Shown here in pieces: positions 1 through 10,310 of a stretch of 64,000 nucleotides of DNA. How positions within the stretch are numbered: position 1 is the stretch's first letter; every line of letters begins with the position of its first letter. The DNA comes from an uncultured Methanosarcinales archaeon. GTDB taxonomy: Archaea > Nanobdellota > Nanobdellia > Woesearchaeales > GW2011-AR9. The stretch is from assembly GCA_964344235.1 (NCBI GenBank), contig CAYFMJ010000002.1:127601-191600 (forward strand). The letters run 5' to 3'. The position numbers and the translations under genes were made by a program. The notes beneath the pieces are model-generated. The model saw nothing but the letters and a program-made list of their open reading frames with translations. It made no database searches and was not told the DNA's origin.

Positions 1-218
1 CGCACTGCTGCAATGATTTTGTCTTTATTTTCCATCACAGAAAACGCGCCGATGTTCCAATAGATTTTTTCTACAATTTGGTTGTCCCACCAGTAGTGGC
101 TTTTTCCATTGTATATCATCGTGCCGGCTACTAATTTTCGTTTAACGAGCTCTTTAGAGATTGTGTTCGCTTCTTCCTCATTTGGTGCACTAATTCGTAC
201 TCTACAATATGTTCTCAT
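1..218 (-). CDS. cutA: CutA divalent-cation tolerance protein (3'-partial, runs off window)
   Basis: Not in ORF track. Manual translation from ATG at 218 gives MRTYCRVRISAPNEEEANTISKELVKRKLVAGTMIYNGKSHYWWDNQIVE..., the CutA pattern (P..EEA..I...LV..KL.A, S.YWW). ATGA overlap with the upstream gene's stop. Confidence 0.7.
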   Translation of the reverse strand, partial: MRTYCRVRISAPNEEEANTISKELVKRKLVAGTMIYNGKSHYWWDNQIVEKIYWNIGAFSVMENKDKIIAAV

Positions 219-2023
219 TTCTTTCTCCTCTTTGTTGTTTTTCGTTTTCTCCTTTTCTTTTTTTGGAGTAATAATGGTTTCATCCAAAGGATAAGAAAGA
301 CGAGAATTACCCCGGCTACAAAACCTTCAAATGCTGCGATCATTTCTGACGTTACTTGAGGTGGCGTTTGTGTGATGTAATTTGGTTCATTCTCTGAGGG
401 GAAGTAAATTCCTAGTTCACTCATCTCTAACGCATATTCCATGTACACTAGTGCTGTAATCTTTTCTGTTTCTTGTAATGACTGAGCGTATTGGTAATAG
501 GAATAGCCTAAGATTGGAAAGGTGTCTTCAGCGCTGTTTTCTGCAATGACTCGTTCCGCTGCTTGTAATTTGCTCTGGAAAAAACCATCAATGGTATCAT
601 TCTCTAAGCCAAGAGTACTGAGGACTGCATTCGCATCGGCTTTTGCTTGAGAAGCGGTGATAAGACATAATGCAAATTCTTGCTGTTGTAATGCAGTTCT
701 AGCAGTATCAATTTTTTCTTGAATACTGAGTAGATGTAAAGGGGAGAGGTATAATTCTGCATATTGTTTTCGTTGTTCAGATTCTGATATTTTTTGAATA
801 CAGGTGTTCTCAAGAATTTCTTTATCTAAATTGAATTTTTTTCCGTCAAGAGAGAAAAATTGCATCCATGATAACGCAGAAAAGTACCGTTCTTCTGTGT
901 ACGCTAGTAAGCTGTAAAAGTTTTGAATCGGTTCTGTGGGGTTACGTTCTTCAAATTTTGTGATTTGATCCCGTACGTCACTAATCCTCTCTTTCACAAT
1001 CATGAGTGTTTGTAAATCTCCTATTGTATCAATCGTTTGTTGTTCTAGTTTCTTTTCAAGAATGTTTGTCTTTTGCTCAACTTGCTTGAGTAGCTCTGTT
1101 ACTTTTGCAGCACTTGGTTGCCGTTGTTGATAATAATATGTCTTGAGATCTATATTCGTGCCGAAGCAGAAACTCGCTGCAGAGTAGAAATCATTAGAGT
1201 TAGTTGCATTTATTGCATCCTCCTTCTTTTGTGTTACGGTGGTGAGAATCTCTCCAGTAATGATGACGTTGTTTTGTTGTGCTTCTTGTTCTATTTTTTC
1301 GGTTCGTTCACATAATACTTCTTGCAAGCCAGTCATGATGTCAATATAGCGTTCATTTTCTACAATAGAGAATTCTTTGTGGTTTAAATCTAAACCCGTA
1401 AAATGAAACACCACTTCGTTGATCGTTGAGACTTCAATGACAACGAGGTTGAAATTTTCTTTTGCATACTCTATAAGGTTAAGCGGTTCTGTCTGATTAT
1501 CAATAGCTGGTTGGGTGGCAGTTCCTTGTGGGATAAGAACTTTAGTAATACCTGCTCCTGCAGCAGCTTCGATTTTTTCTTTAATTCCTCCAACAGCGCC
1601 GATGATCCCACCAGAGTTAATAGTTCCTGTGACTGCAACTTTATCGTTGTATTCTAAGTCTAATGTTGCAATTGTTGTTAGCGCAGCGATGGCGGCGCCA
1701 GCACTTGGTCCACCAATAATATTAGATTTTGCTTTGATGGTGTAAATAAAATCGTTATTGTTGCAATTAAGATTGAAATGTTTACATGCTATCTCTTTGG
1801 CAAATCGTGTGGAGATTTGGGTGTCCATTCTGGTAACAGGAAATGTGTCTAAGAAAACCCTGCCCGATCCGTCTTTCAGTTCGAGGAATAAATCTGCATC
1901 ACTGCCGACAATATGCATTGGATCTTCCTGTACAGCTAAGAGTTTAAGTTGGTATGTATCTTGCTGTGCTACTGCTAATGGAGTGAGTAGTAATAACAGT
2001 GCAAGGAAGAAGTATTTTTTCAT
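215..2023 (-). CDS. Secreted, membrane-anchored Lon-like (S16) serine protease
   Basis: Signal peptide; S16 catalytic motifs IGGPSAG and VGGIKEKIEAA; C-terminal TM helix and basic tail. Confidence 0.85.
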   Translation of the reverse strand: MKKYFFLALLLLLTPLAVAQQDTYQLKLLAVQEDPMHIVGSDADLFLELKDGSGRVFLDTFPVTRMDTQISTRFAKEIACKHFNLNCNNNDFIYTIKAKSNIIGGPSAGAAIAALTTIATLDLEYNDKVAVTGTINSGGIIGAVGGIKEKIEAAAGAGITKVLIPQGTATQPAIDNQTEPLNLIEYAKENFNLVVIEVSTINEVVFHFTGLDLNHKEFSIVENERYIDIMTGLQEVLCERTEKIEQEAQQNNVIITGEILTTVTQKKEDAINATNSNDFYSAASFCFGTNIDLKTYYYQQRQPSAAKVTELLKQVEQKTNILEKKLEQQTIDTIGDLQTLMIVKERISDVRDQITKFEERNPTEPIQNFYSLLAYTEERYFSALSWMQFFSLDGKKFNLDKEILENTCIQKISESEQRKQYAELYLSPLHLLSIQEKIDTARTALQQQEFALCLITASQAKADANAVLSTLGLENDTIDGFFQSKLQAAERVIAENSAEDTFPILGYSYYQYAQSLQETEKITALVYMEYALEMSELGIYFPSENEPNYITQTPPQVTSEMIAAFEGFVAGVILVFLILWMKPLLLQKKKRRKRKTTKRRKK

Positions 2024-2105
2024 AATGTTTTGATTTTTTCATGGTTAATAAAGATTGTTGTGATATAGCAGAAAGACTGATAAACAGTAAAAATATTGTT
2101 CCGTT

Positions 2106-3056
2106 GTGGCACGGAAAAAGAAGGTGGGTATAGCGTTAGGTTCTGGAGCAGCTCGAGGATTAGTTCACATTGGTGTGTTGAAAGAGTTGGAGAAGAGAGG
2201 GATTAAGCTGGATTATATTGCTGGCACGTCAATGGGGGCTGTGATTGGGGCGTTGTATGCATCTGGTAAAACTCCTAAAGAGTTGGAAGAGATTGCTCAG
2301 ACAACTGATTGGAAAAGTATTGTTGATTTTACAATTCCTAAACGCGGTTTGTTGAAGGGAGAGTTAGTTGAGAAGAAATTGCGGTCATTGTTAGGTGGGA
2401 AGTCGTTCGGTCGTTTGAAAGTTCCGTTGCAAGTTGCTGCGTATGATATGACAAAGAATGAACCAGTAGTATTTTCAAGGGGAGATGTTGCACGGGCAGT
2501 GCGGGCATCGAGTTCTATTCCTGGGATTTTTTCACCGGTAAGAATTAAAGGGAGTTCATATGTGGATGGGGTGTTAGTTAATCCAACGCCGTTTGATGTT
2601 GTTCGGGAGATGGGTGCGAATGTTGTGATAGCAGTTGATTTATATGATAAGGCTTCTAGTAGGAAAAGGGAAGAAGGGTATATGCGTGAGTTACGGGAGA
2701 AGTTTATTGTTGATGAATTGTTGAATGTGCGGAACTATTTATTCCCAAAACGGTGGCCCCGGTTTTTGCGTAATACTTTGTTGTGGTTGTTTGATAAAGT
2801 AATGTATCCTGCTCGCGTGATGAAGATTATGGCGGGAAGAGAGTTACCGGAGATTGCGAAAGTGATGTATAATTCGTTTGGGATAGTTGCGGATAATTTT
2901 GCAAAGGAACGGATGAAGAATGCTGATGTTGATATTATTGTGGCACCCACGTTTTCCCGTTTACAATGGTCAGATTTTGATAAAGTGGATGAGTTTGTTG
3001 CATTAGGAGAGAAATCGATGCAGAAAGAGATGAGGAAGCTTACGAAATTGCTTTGA
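2106..3056 (+). CDS. Patatin-like phospholipase
   Basis: GSGAARG glycine loop, GTSMG nucleophile elbow, YVDG catalytic Asp. Confidence 0.92.
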   Translation: MARKKKVGIALGSGAARGLVHIGVLKELEKRGIKLDYIAGTSMGAVIGALYASGKTPKELEEIAQTTDWKSIVDFTIPKRGLLKGELVEKKLRSLLGGKSFGRLKVPLQVAAYDMTKNEPVVFSRGDVARAVRASSSIPGIFSPVRIKGSSYVDGVLVNPTPFDVVREMGANVVIAVDLYDKASSRKREEGYMRELREKFIVDELLNVRNYLFPKRWPRFLRNTLLWLFDKVMYPARVMKIMAGRELPEIAKVMYNSFGIVADNFAKERMKNADVDIIVAPTFSRLQWSDFDKVDEFVALGEKSMQKEMRKLTKLL

Positions 3057-3492
3057 TTTGTTTCCTATCTTTATGTTTGACGTGGATTTTTTTACCGGTT
3101 GTTTTGTTTTGTAGAAAAATGTCTTTAGTTACCGATTTTACAATGTATTCTTCTCCTTGGTAGATGACGTTATCATCTTTTTTGAATGGGTGTTGTCGGA
3201 AGAGGATTGTTAATCTGTAGAGTTCTTTGTCTTTCTTTTTTGTGTGAAGCGTGGAAGTGATTGTTAATTCCCCACTGAAGTGTTTTTGGATAGCTTTGCC
3301 AACTTTTTTTGTGAGGTCATTACTTTTGGTGAAATAATCTTTGCCGTTTTTGAGTGTAGCTATTTTTGCAACACCTAATTTTAGTTTCATAATTTCTTTT
3401 TCTGCGAATTGGATGACTTCTTTGGAAACGTCTCTCAGTTGGAGAATGCATTCATAATAGTTTGATGCTTTATCTGTTTGGTAATCTGGCAT
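3040..3492 (-). CDS. NMD3-related protein (C-terminal NMD3-like region only)
   Basis: NYYECILQLR...KNGKDYF...TSTLH...LYRLTILFR resembles the archaeal NMD3 C-terminal part; start moved to ATG at 3492. Confidence 0.55.
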   Translation of the reverse strand: MPDYQTDKASNYYECILQLRDVSKEVIQFAEKEIMKLKLGVAKIATLKNGKDYFTKSNDLTKKVGKAIQKHFSGELTITSTLHTKKKDKELYRLTILFRQHPFKKDDNVIYQGEEYIVKSVTKDIFLQNKTTGKKIHVKHKDRKQIKAIS

Positions 3493-3517
3493 GAGGGTTA
3501 GAGTATTTTGTTGTTTT

Positions 3518-3799
3518 TTAATGTTTTGAATAAATATTATCATGATGATCTAATTTGTAAAAAATTATTTTATCTTCTGATTTGATATGCTTAAAAATTA
3601 AAACAAAAGAACTTCTAATATGAACTCTTTTAAACTCTTGCAATGGTTTTCTTAAATTTTTGTAGTGATTCACATCAATACAATTAAGAATCTCTTCAAA
3701 TTTTTTCATCACTGATTCATACAGTGGTTTATTTTTTTTAGAAATCTTACTCAACATTTTCTTTAGGTCATCTTCTATTAAAAATTCACGCATTTTCAA
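3518..3799 (-). CDS. RelE/ParE-family toxin
   Basis: 93 aa, basic; YKNLRKPLQEFKRVHI..SFVLIF...KLDHHDNIY pattern; downstream of a small antitoxin-like gene. Confidence 0.8.
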   Translation of the reverse strand: MKMREFLIEDDLKKMLSKISKKNKPLYESVMKKFEEILNCIDVNHYKNLRKPLQEFKRVHIRSSFVLIFKHIKSEDKIIFYKLDHHDNIYSKH

Positions 3800-4031
3800 T
3801 ATCTGACCTTAAAGAATCCATACTCTTATATTTTTTGAAATCTCCTTTCTTTTCTAGATTTTTTATATCCTTAATAAATTCTGGTTTTAATTGAGGTTCA
3901 AGTAAATCTTCTTCAAACCTATCAATTACGAAATTAATGGCTTCAGATTTGGTTTTAAATCCATATTTACCTTTAACAATAGTTAGAACTCTATCCTCAT
4001 ATTCTCCAATATTTATTATCGCTTGGACCAT
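3786..4031 (-). CDS. Putative antitoxin (DUF2683-like ribbon-helix-helix)
   Basis: MVQAIINI...VLTIVKGKYGFKTKSEAIN...EPQLKPEF; overlaps the toxin start. Confidence 0.75.
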   Translation of the reverse strand: MVQAIINIGEYEDRVLTIVKGKYGFKTKSEAINFVIDRFEEDLLEPQLKPEFIKDIKNLEKKGDFKKYKSMDSLRSDIENA

Positions 4032-4245
4032 TTTATTATTTTTTATAATGATAAATAATGTTTTATTATATAATCTTTTCTGTTTTTTCTAAGAGGTCTA
4101 ATAAAAAGATTTGGGTGAAAAATTTCTGGGTGGGTTCTTGCCGCGAACTTCTTCAAAAAAATTGTTTCGGTCAATTCTTTTCGGTTTGTGATTAGTAAAC
4201 GATCGAATTCTAAACTCTTTCGTAATGTTTATTAAGTTATGGTAA

Positions 4246-4548
4246 TTGGTTTCACAAATGAACTCAGAGGTGGCTTCTAGAATACGTTATGCTGGTTGCG
4301 ATCGTTCTATCTTCCCATATATTTTTTATGAAGATGCAGTTGCGGGTTTAGTTGGTGCATCGGACCATTTTGAAGAAGAGTTTCACGTTAGGAGAATAAG
4401 AGAAGGATATATCCAGATGAGTCGGAATTATATTCTTGATGCGCGGGGACTTGTATTGCCCAGACGAGACCCTTTGCTTGAAGAAGATACGCCTGCATGG
4501 AGTTATGTTATGGATGAGTCAGAGAGGGTTCAGAAGGATTCTCAGTAA
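4246..4548 (+). CDS. Hypothetical protein
   Basis: 100-aa ORF downstream of an AT-rich promoter-like tract; no recognised motif. Confidence 0.45.
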   Translation: MVSQMNSEVASRIRYAGCDRSIFPYIFYEDAVAGLVGASDHFEEEFHVRRIREGYIQMSRNYILDARGLVLPRRDPLLEEDTPAWSYVMDESERVQKDSQ

Positions 4549-4728
4549 GTGTTACGCTTTCGGGTTTGAGGTATTAACATATTGCAAAATGAGCATTGAT
4601 TTTTCTTTCTCAGTGGGTAATTGTACAAATACACTGTTCTGACTTATAAAACTAATCTCTTCTTCTTGTCAAACCAACCCTACTTGGGAGTAACAAACTT
4701 TAAATATGTGGGCTAATTTTTATCCAAA

Positions 4729-5349
4729 ATGTCTTGTAGGCTTGAGGTAGACCTATTACATCCTGATGAAGAGATTTTTGCAGAGGGGACTAAGTGGTTG
4801 AAAGAAATTGTGGAAGATATGTTGGGCTTTATTCCAGACATCCATGTTCCTCGCCCACTTATACAACCAAATTATCTTGAAGTATCTTACATCCAGGGGC
4901 GCCCGTCAACAATTTCTCTTCACCGAGTCGACCTTGACTATTCTAATGTGACAGCTCTCCTACAGGATAATTTAGAGGATTATGATGATATTAGAGAGGC
5001 CCTTGATGCTCTAGAAGATGACCCTCCTGCTACTACATGGGTATTTGAATTTTCTGCACAAAGAGGGATACTCAAGCGAGCATCGTATCACCGAGGCGAT
5101 TGGAGGGGATCTGATTTTAGGTGGCCTGATACAAGAGAAATGCTGGTTGGAGCAAGAGATATGGGTGCTGTGCCCCATGTTGTTAGGGAAGCATACAAAA
5201 CTGTTGATCGTGTTGCAGATAAACTTCAAAAACTTTCAGCCGATGGATCATTACTAACAACACATCGGGACAAGTGTGCTCAGATGCTTAGATATATGCA
5301 GAAATTGTGCGATAAAGATGTAAGAGTAGGTTTTCTTGCATCACTTTAG
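4729..5349 (+). CDS. Hypothetical protein
   Basis: 206-aa ORF, TTTAAATA about 25 nt upstream; no recognised motif. Confidence 0.6.
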   Translation: MSCRLEVDLLHPDEEIFAEGTKWLKEIVEDMLGFIPDIHVPRPLIQPNYLEVSYIQGRPSTISLHRVDLDYSNVTALLQDNLEDYDDIREALDALEDDPPATTWVFEFSAQRGILKRASYHRGDWRGSDFRWPDTREMLVGARDMGAVPHVVREAYKTVDRVADKLQKLSADGSLLTTHRDKCAQMLRYMQKLCDKDVRVGFLASL

Positions 5350-5485
5350 ATAAAACTTTTGAAAGTAATATTGAGGGAGGATTCATCTCTTTTGTAAATA
5401 GTCATACTAAGAATAAATACATTGTTTTTAGCCTAAACCGTTTATAGAGAATAATTTATACAGAGAAATTTAAGAGAATTATACC

Positions 5486-5695
5486 TTACTCTTGTGGCTG
5501 ATCACTCTCTAGCTCAAGTTTCACAATGACAGCTCTAAGGTCATCTCCCACCCTTTGCCAATCTCGGCCTATGGCTTTCATAGTGTCTTCTAACCGTATG
5601 GTCTCGTAGGTAAGGGGTTCAGGAAATAATGTTATGTTGGAAGCAACCTGGTAGATTACTTGTGCCCCCCTCTTAATGTATTCGATTACTCCCAT
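5486..5695 (-). CDS. Small hypothetical protein
   Basis: 69 aa with a D..AI..DW..VG.DL helical motif. Confidence 0.5.
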   Translation of the reverse strand: MGVIEYIKRGAQVIYQVASNITLFPEPLTYETIRLEDTMKAIGRDWQRVGDDLRAVIVKLELESDQPQE

Positions 5696-5854
5696 TTGGA
5701 TCAGGAGGGAGGAATACTATTTAAGAATTTCTCAAAAAACAATTCTGTGTGGGATGAATATCCCTCTAGGATTCACTCAATTACACATAAACCTCTAAAT
5801 CATTCATAAAAATATAATGAAGTTTTCACTTATAAAAATATTGTAGATAACCCC

Positions 5855-6238
5855 TCAAATACTATCAAACCATTCTGAAAATGACTGAGGGATCTCTGCT
5901 CCATTAAATTTTCCATTCTCATAAACTGCCCACGATCCACTCCATCTCCAACCGTTAGACCAATCAAAGTGTTCTACTAAGAAAGGGTCAGACATTTTAG
6001 TTCCAATTTCCTGTCTGGAGAATATTTTTGTGATTGTCCAGCTATTAGAACCTGTTTGACCAATACAATATTTGTTTCCATAATATATAGACCACGCTAC
6101 ACTTTCACAAAGGCGAGGATCATATCTATTCCCAGGAGTGCCTACTTCACTAACAACTTTTCCAACTCTACTCATCAGGTCTTCTACTTCTTTGCGTAAG
6201 TGCAGTTTTGTGGGTTTAGATATTCTTCTCTCTTCCAT
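5855..6238 (-). CDS. Hypothetical protein
   Basis: 127-aa ORF, Trp-rich C-terminus. Confidence 0.55.
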   Translation of the reverse strand: MEERRISKPTKLHLRKEVEDLMSRVGKVVSEVGTPGNRYDPRLCESVAWSIYYGNKYCIGQTGSNSWTITKIFSRQEIGTKMSDPFLVEHFDWSNGWRWSGSWAVYENGKFNGAEIPQSFSEWFDSI

Positions 6239-6323
6239 AGTCTTTCCAATAAACTTTAACTGTTATTTTTTTGTCCTCCTTTTGAGGACAACATTTATAA
6301 ATGCACATTTTTAATGTGGACCT

Positions 6324-7058
6324 ATGATTCAAGCTTTAGAAGAAGCAGGACTAACTAAAAATGAAATTACAGCCTACACCGCATTATTAGAGTTGGGGAC
6401 TTCAGCTGCTGGTACTCTTACAAAAAAAACAAGAATGCATCGCTCTCGTGTTTATGAGGCATTAGATCGGTTGATATCTAAAGGGCTTGTTTCTCACAAG
6501 ATCAAAGGAAACGTAAAACATTTTGAAGCACAAAGTCCTGAAATTATTATTGATATATTAGAAGAGAAAAAGAAGAAAGTACAAAGGGTTATTCCAAAGC
6601 TAAAGGCTTTGCAAATAGAGAAACCAGGACTTCAAAAAGCAAATGTTTTTGAAGGCTACAATGGTTTGAAAACTGTCATTGGAAATGCCATAAATATTCT
6701 TGACAAAGGAGAAGAAGTGTATATCTTTGGGGCGCGTTCAGGCCAAGATGCTAAGCCTGAAATATGGCGTATATTTTTCAAGCAAGTAAATAAAAATAGG
6801 TTGCAAAAAGGAATCAAGTATAAAGTTATCTTCAATGAAGATCTCAGAGGGAGTGAGGTTGCCACAACATTCAAAAATAGTAAACTTACTGAAATTAAAT
6901 ATATTAATCAACATACCCCTGCCGGAATTAATATTCATGGCGATAATGTAGCTATTGTAAATTGGGATAAATTGGTAACATTTCTTATTACTAGTAAAGA
7001 AGTTGCAGACTCGTTTAAGGAATACTTTAAAATTATGTGGAAGCAGGCTAAAAAATAG
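6324..7058 (+). CDS. TrmB-family transcriptional regulator
   Basis: GLTKNEITAYTALLELG...HRSRVYEALDRLISKGLV wHTH followed by an effector domain. Confidence 0.88.
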   Translation: MIQALEEAGLTKNEITAYTALLELGTSAAGTLTKKTRMHRSRVYEALDRLISKGLVSHKIKGNVKHFEAQSPEIIIDILEEKKKKVQRVIPKLKALQIEKPGLQKANVFEGYNGLKTVIGNAINILDKGEEVYIFGARSGQDAKPEIWRIFFKQVNKNRLQKGIKYKVIFNEDLRGSEVATTFKNSKLTEIKYINQHTPAGINIHGDNVAIVNWDKLVTFLITSKEVADSFKEYFKIMWKQAKK

Positions 7059-7138
7059 TCCACCTGAAATCAATAAACAAATCACCTCTGCAAAAAGTAG
7101 GGAGTTAATTATTTAAAACAACTGACAAAAAACATTCT

Positions 7139-8284
7139 ATGTTATCACAAGAAGCGAAAGCAGAGTTAGAGAAGCAAGCGTACAGAGTAGTTGGTAGTCA
7201 TAGTGCTGTTAAAACGTGCGGTTGGACGAAGAATATGATTAACGGTCAGGGTGGCTGTTACAAACTTAAGTTCTACGGCATTATGTCCAACCAATGTATG
7301 CAAATGACGACTTCTATTAGCTGTGCAAACAGGTGTACATTTTGTTGGCGGGGGTATAAAGCGCCTGTCAGTAAAGACTGGAAATGGGAAACAGACGATC
7401 CACAGATGATTCATGAGCAATCGTTGGAAGCACATCATAAATTATTGGTTGGGTTTAAAGGATCTGATAAAGCTAACAAGAGAGCGTATGAGAAAAGTTT
7501 AGGGGTGAAACATGTTGCATTGTCATTAACTGGAGAACCAATATTTTATCCGAAAATAAATGAGTCAATTGAATTGTTTGATAAAGATGGTATTAGCACG
7601 TTTCTTGTAACAAATGGCCAGTATCCTGAACAGATTAAGAATTTGAAACCAATCACGCAGTTGTATATTTCGATTGACGCTCCAACGAAGGAAATGCTGA
7701 AAGAAGTGGATGTACCATTGTTTGCAGATTATTGGGAGCGATTGAATACGTCGTTAGATTATTTGAAAGAGAAGAAAGAAAGAACATGTGTTCGGCTAAC
7801 AGTGATTAAAGATATGAATGATTCCCATGTTGATAAGTATGCAGAATTGATTAACCGTGGGAGGAGTGATTTTATTGAAGTGAAAGCGTATATGCACGTT
7901 GGTCCGTCACAGGAGAGGTTAAGCAGAGAGAATATGCCGCTCCATGAAGAAGTGGTTGCGTTTAGTAAAAAGTTGGCAGCGTATTTAGATGATTATGAAA
8001 TCGTTTCAGAACATATTCCTTCACGTGTGGTAATGTTTGCGCGGAAAGAGTATAAGAGAGATGGTGTGTGGTGTACGTGGATTGATTTCCCCAAATGGAG
8101 CGAGGAAGTTGTGAAAGGTGAAGGTGTAGAGGCTGCAGAGTATTCCATCAAAACGCCGCAAGTTGGGTTGAGTGGTAAAGGAACATTAGATAATGTTCCT
8201 GTTGAAGTTCGGGAGAAGTTGATGAAAGAACGTGGGATCTTTGTCGATGAGGAAACGGAAGAATTGAGTTTTTATGAAGAATGA
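7139..8284 (+). CDS. taw1: 4-demethylwyosine synthase (radical SAM Taw1/Tyw1)
   Basis: HSAVKTCGW, CYKLKFYGI, CANRCTFC (CxxxCxxC), SLTGEP. Confidence 0.95.
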   Translation: MLSQEAKAELEKQAYRVVGSHSAVKTCGWTKNMINGQGGCYKLKFYGIMSNQCMQMTTSISCANRCTFCWRGYKAPVSKDWKWETDDPQMIHEQSLEAHHKLLVGFKGSDKANKRAYEKSLGVKHVALSLTGEPIFYPKINESIELFDKDGISTFLVTNGQYPEQIKNLKPITQLYISIDAPTKEMLKEVDVPLFADYWERLNTSLDYLKEKKERTCVRLTVIKDMNDSHVDKYAELINRGRSDFIEVKAYMHVGPSQERLSRENMPLHEEVVAFSKKLAAYLDDYEIVSEHIPSRVVMFARKEYKRDGVWCTWIDFPKWSEEVVKGEGVEAAEYSIKTPQVGLSGKGTLDNVPVEVREKLMKERGIFVDEETEELSFYEE

Positions 8285-8324
8285 ACTCCAACATCTTTAT
8301 ATTGTCATTTATATTCTTTAAACC

Positions 8325-8966
8325 ATGTACAAAGTAGAACTTAAAATTTATCATAAGACGTGTTGGGGATCTGAGATTGGCCTGAAGTTTCCTCAATACC
8401 GGTTGTCATCGGTGGATTGTCGTTGGATTAAGAACCAAGTAGTTCATATTCTATTGGCTCGTGGTGATCCCGCTAATTTTACAAGGATAATACAGTATCT
8501 TGAGCAGAGAAAAGATGTGTCCAAAGTTGAGGTTCTTAGTGAAGATGATCAAAGTCTTTATCTAAGGGTTTTAACGACGAGGAATAAACGTAGGACACAA
8601 TTCTCAGACTTCTTTTTCGAGCATAATTGCTTTCCCGTAGTGCCGACGCGATTTGAAGGGAAGTACGAACTATGGACTTTGGGGACTGCTGATAAAAAAA
8701 ATATAACTGTAGTATATAATTTGTTGAAGAAACACCATCCTACAAAGATCAGTTCTCTTAAAGAAGAGAAAATGGAGAATGCACTCACCAAGAAACAGCG
8801 AGAAGTGCTTAACTACGCTCGCCACTTTGGCTACTATGAGTGGCCTCGAAAAAAGTCTGTAAGTGAGATTTGTGCATTGGTGAATATTCCAAAAACCGTC
8901 TTTTTATCTCATCTTAGGAAAGCGGAAAATAAAGTGATGCTACATTTCTCGTCTCAGAGAGGATAG
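8325..8966 (+). CDS. Bacterio-opsin activator-type (HTH_10) regulator
   Basis: C-terminal LTKKQREVL..A...GYYEWPRK.S...HLRKAENK. Confidence 0.88.
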   Translation: MYKVELKIYHKTCWGSEIGLKFPQYRLSSVDCRWIKNQVVHILLARGDPANFTRIIQYLEQRKDVSKVEVLSEDDQSLYLRVLTTRNKRRTQFSDFFFEHNCFPVVPTRFEGKYELWTLGTADKKNITVVYNLLKKHHPTKISSLKEEKMENALTKKQREVLNYARHFGYYEWPRKKSVSEICALVNIPKTVFLSHLRKAENKVMLHFSSQRG

Positions 8967-9014
8967 ACTATGGTCTACAACAATTTAATATGTCGGTGGT
9001 TGTTTTAGTTCGTT

Positions 9015-9434
9015 ATGAAATTCAAACCATTTGAACATAAACTTGTGGCAGTACTGAACAAAAAGATTGAACAAGGTAGCGCAATGAATGCCTTAGCTCA
9101 CCTGGCACTTGGGTTGGGCGGGTGTGTTTCAGATAGAAAGAAGTTGCGCCTTCAGGACTATACTGATGAGGGAAAACATCCTCAAATCTCAGATATACCT
9201 TTTATTGTACTTCGAGCGAAATCTGGACAGATTAGGAATTTACGAAAAATAGCATTGGAACAAGGGTTTGTGTTTACTGACTTTACACACACAATGCTTG
9301 GAGAGACGTATGTTGAACAGCATCAAAGTACTAAACAAACGAAGGAGGAAGATTTAGAGTATTTTGGCATTTGCCTCTTTGGTGAATGGAATAAAGTGTC
9401 TGAACTTACGAAGAAGTTTTCATTATGGAGATGA
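9015..9434 (+). CDS. DUF2000-family protein
   Basis: AMNALAHLALG...DFTHTM...EEDLEYFGICLFG...ELTKKFSLWR pattern. Confidence 0.75.
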   Translation: MKFKPFEHKLVAVLNKKIEQGSAMNALAHLALGLGGCVSDRKKLRLQDYTDEGKHPQISDIPFIVLRAKSGQIRNLRKIALEQGFVFTDFTHTMLGETYVEQHQSTKQTKEEDLEYFGICLFGEWNKVSELTKKFSLWR

Positions 9435-9437
9435 ACT

Positions 9438-10265
9438 ATGGCTTGTGAATTACACTTTGAGGTTTTGGGATCTGGTTCAGCGATGAATTATGAGTTAGGC
9501 CAGTCGAACTTTCGTTTACGTTATGGTAATAAACAGGTGATTTTTGATCTTGATGCAACTACTCTTAACACAATGGGCAAGAGAGACTTTCCAGGAGAAG
9601 TTGGCTCAATTACTGATGTTGTTATTAGCCATGTGCATGGTGATCATGTAAATGGCTTAGAAAATTTGGGATTTGTTAGTTACAATGTATTCGGAAGGGA
9701 AGGGGATCAAAGACCAACTATCCATGTAGCAACTGAAGCACAATTAGAAGCATTAAAAAGAGCATTCCATGATAAAATGAAAGACCAACAGTACGCTGAC
9801 AATTCTCCAAGGCAAGTTGATTTTGACCATTACTTTGGATCGAGCGTTGGTGGAAGGGTGAGAGTTGAAGGGATGCCAGAGATGTGTTTTCATCTGACGT
9901 TACATGTTCAGGGTATGGAATGTTATGGCTTGTCTGTTCCAAGTCACGGCCTATGGGTTTCAGGAGATAGTCGTGAAGTGAAGGACTTTCCAGAAGGTAC
10001 GGTTTTAGGATTCCGAGATGCAGCTGGTCCTGGGAGTGGTGCGAGAGTTCACGCTGATCTTGATCTTGGTGGTCGGTCTCCGAGAGAAAAAGCAAAGACG
10101 GTGCTTTATGGAGTGGGGGGAAATTGGCGAGATATAGCCCATAAGGCTGAGGCTTTGGGTTTCTTTGGTCTTGCTCTTCCTGGGGAAGTTTATATCTTTG
10201 ATGGAAATGGTAACGTAAAGAGGAGAGGACGTCCGTTTATTCACCAGATGGTTTCTTTGCAATAG
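9438..10265 (+). CDS. Metallo-beta-lactamase-fold hydrolase
   Basis: VLGSGSA; ISHVHGDHV (HxHxDH); later H and SGDS motifs. Confidence 0.85.
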   Translation: MACELHFEVLGSGSAMNYELGQSNFRLRYGNKQVIFDLDATTLNTMGKRDFPGEVGSITDVVISHVHGDHVNGLENLGFVSYNVFGREGDQRPTIHVATEAQLEALKRAFHDKMKDQQYADNSPRQVDFDHYFGSSVGGRVRVEGMPEMCFHLTLHVQGMECYGLSVPSHGLWVSGDSREVKDFPEGTVLGFRDAAGPGSGARVHADLDLGGRSPREKAKTVLYGVGGNWRDIAHKAEALGFFGLALPGEVYIFDGNGNVKRRGRPFIHQMVSLQ

Positions 10266-10310
10266 TTTGTAACAAAACACTTATAAAATAACTTCTGATT
10301 TGTTGTAGGT

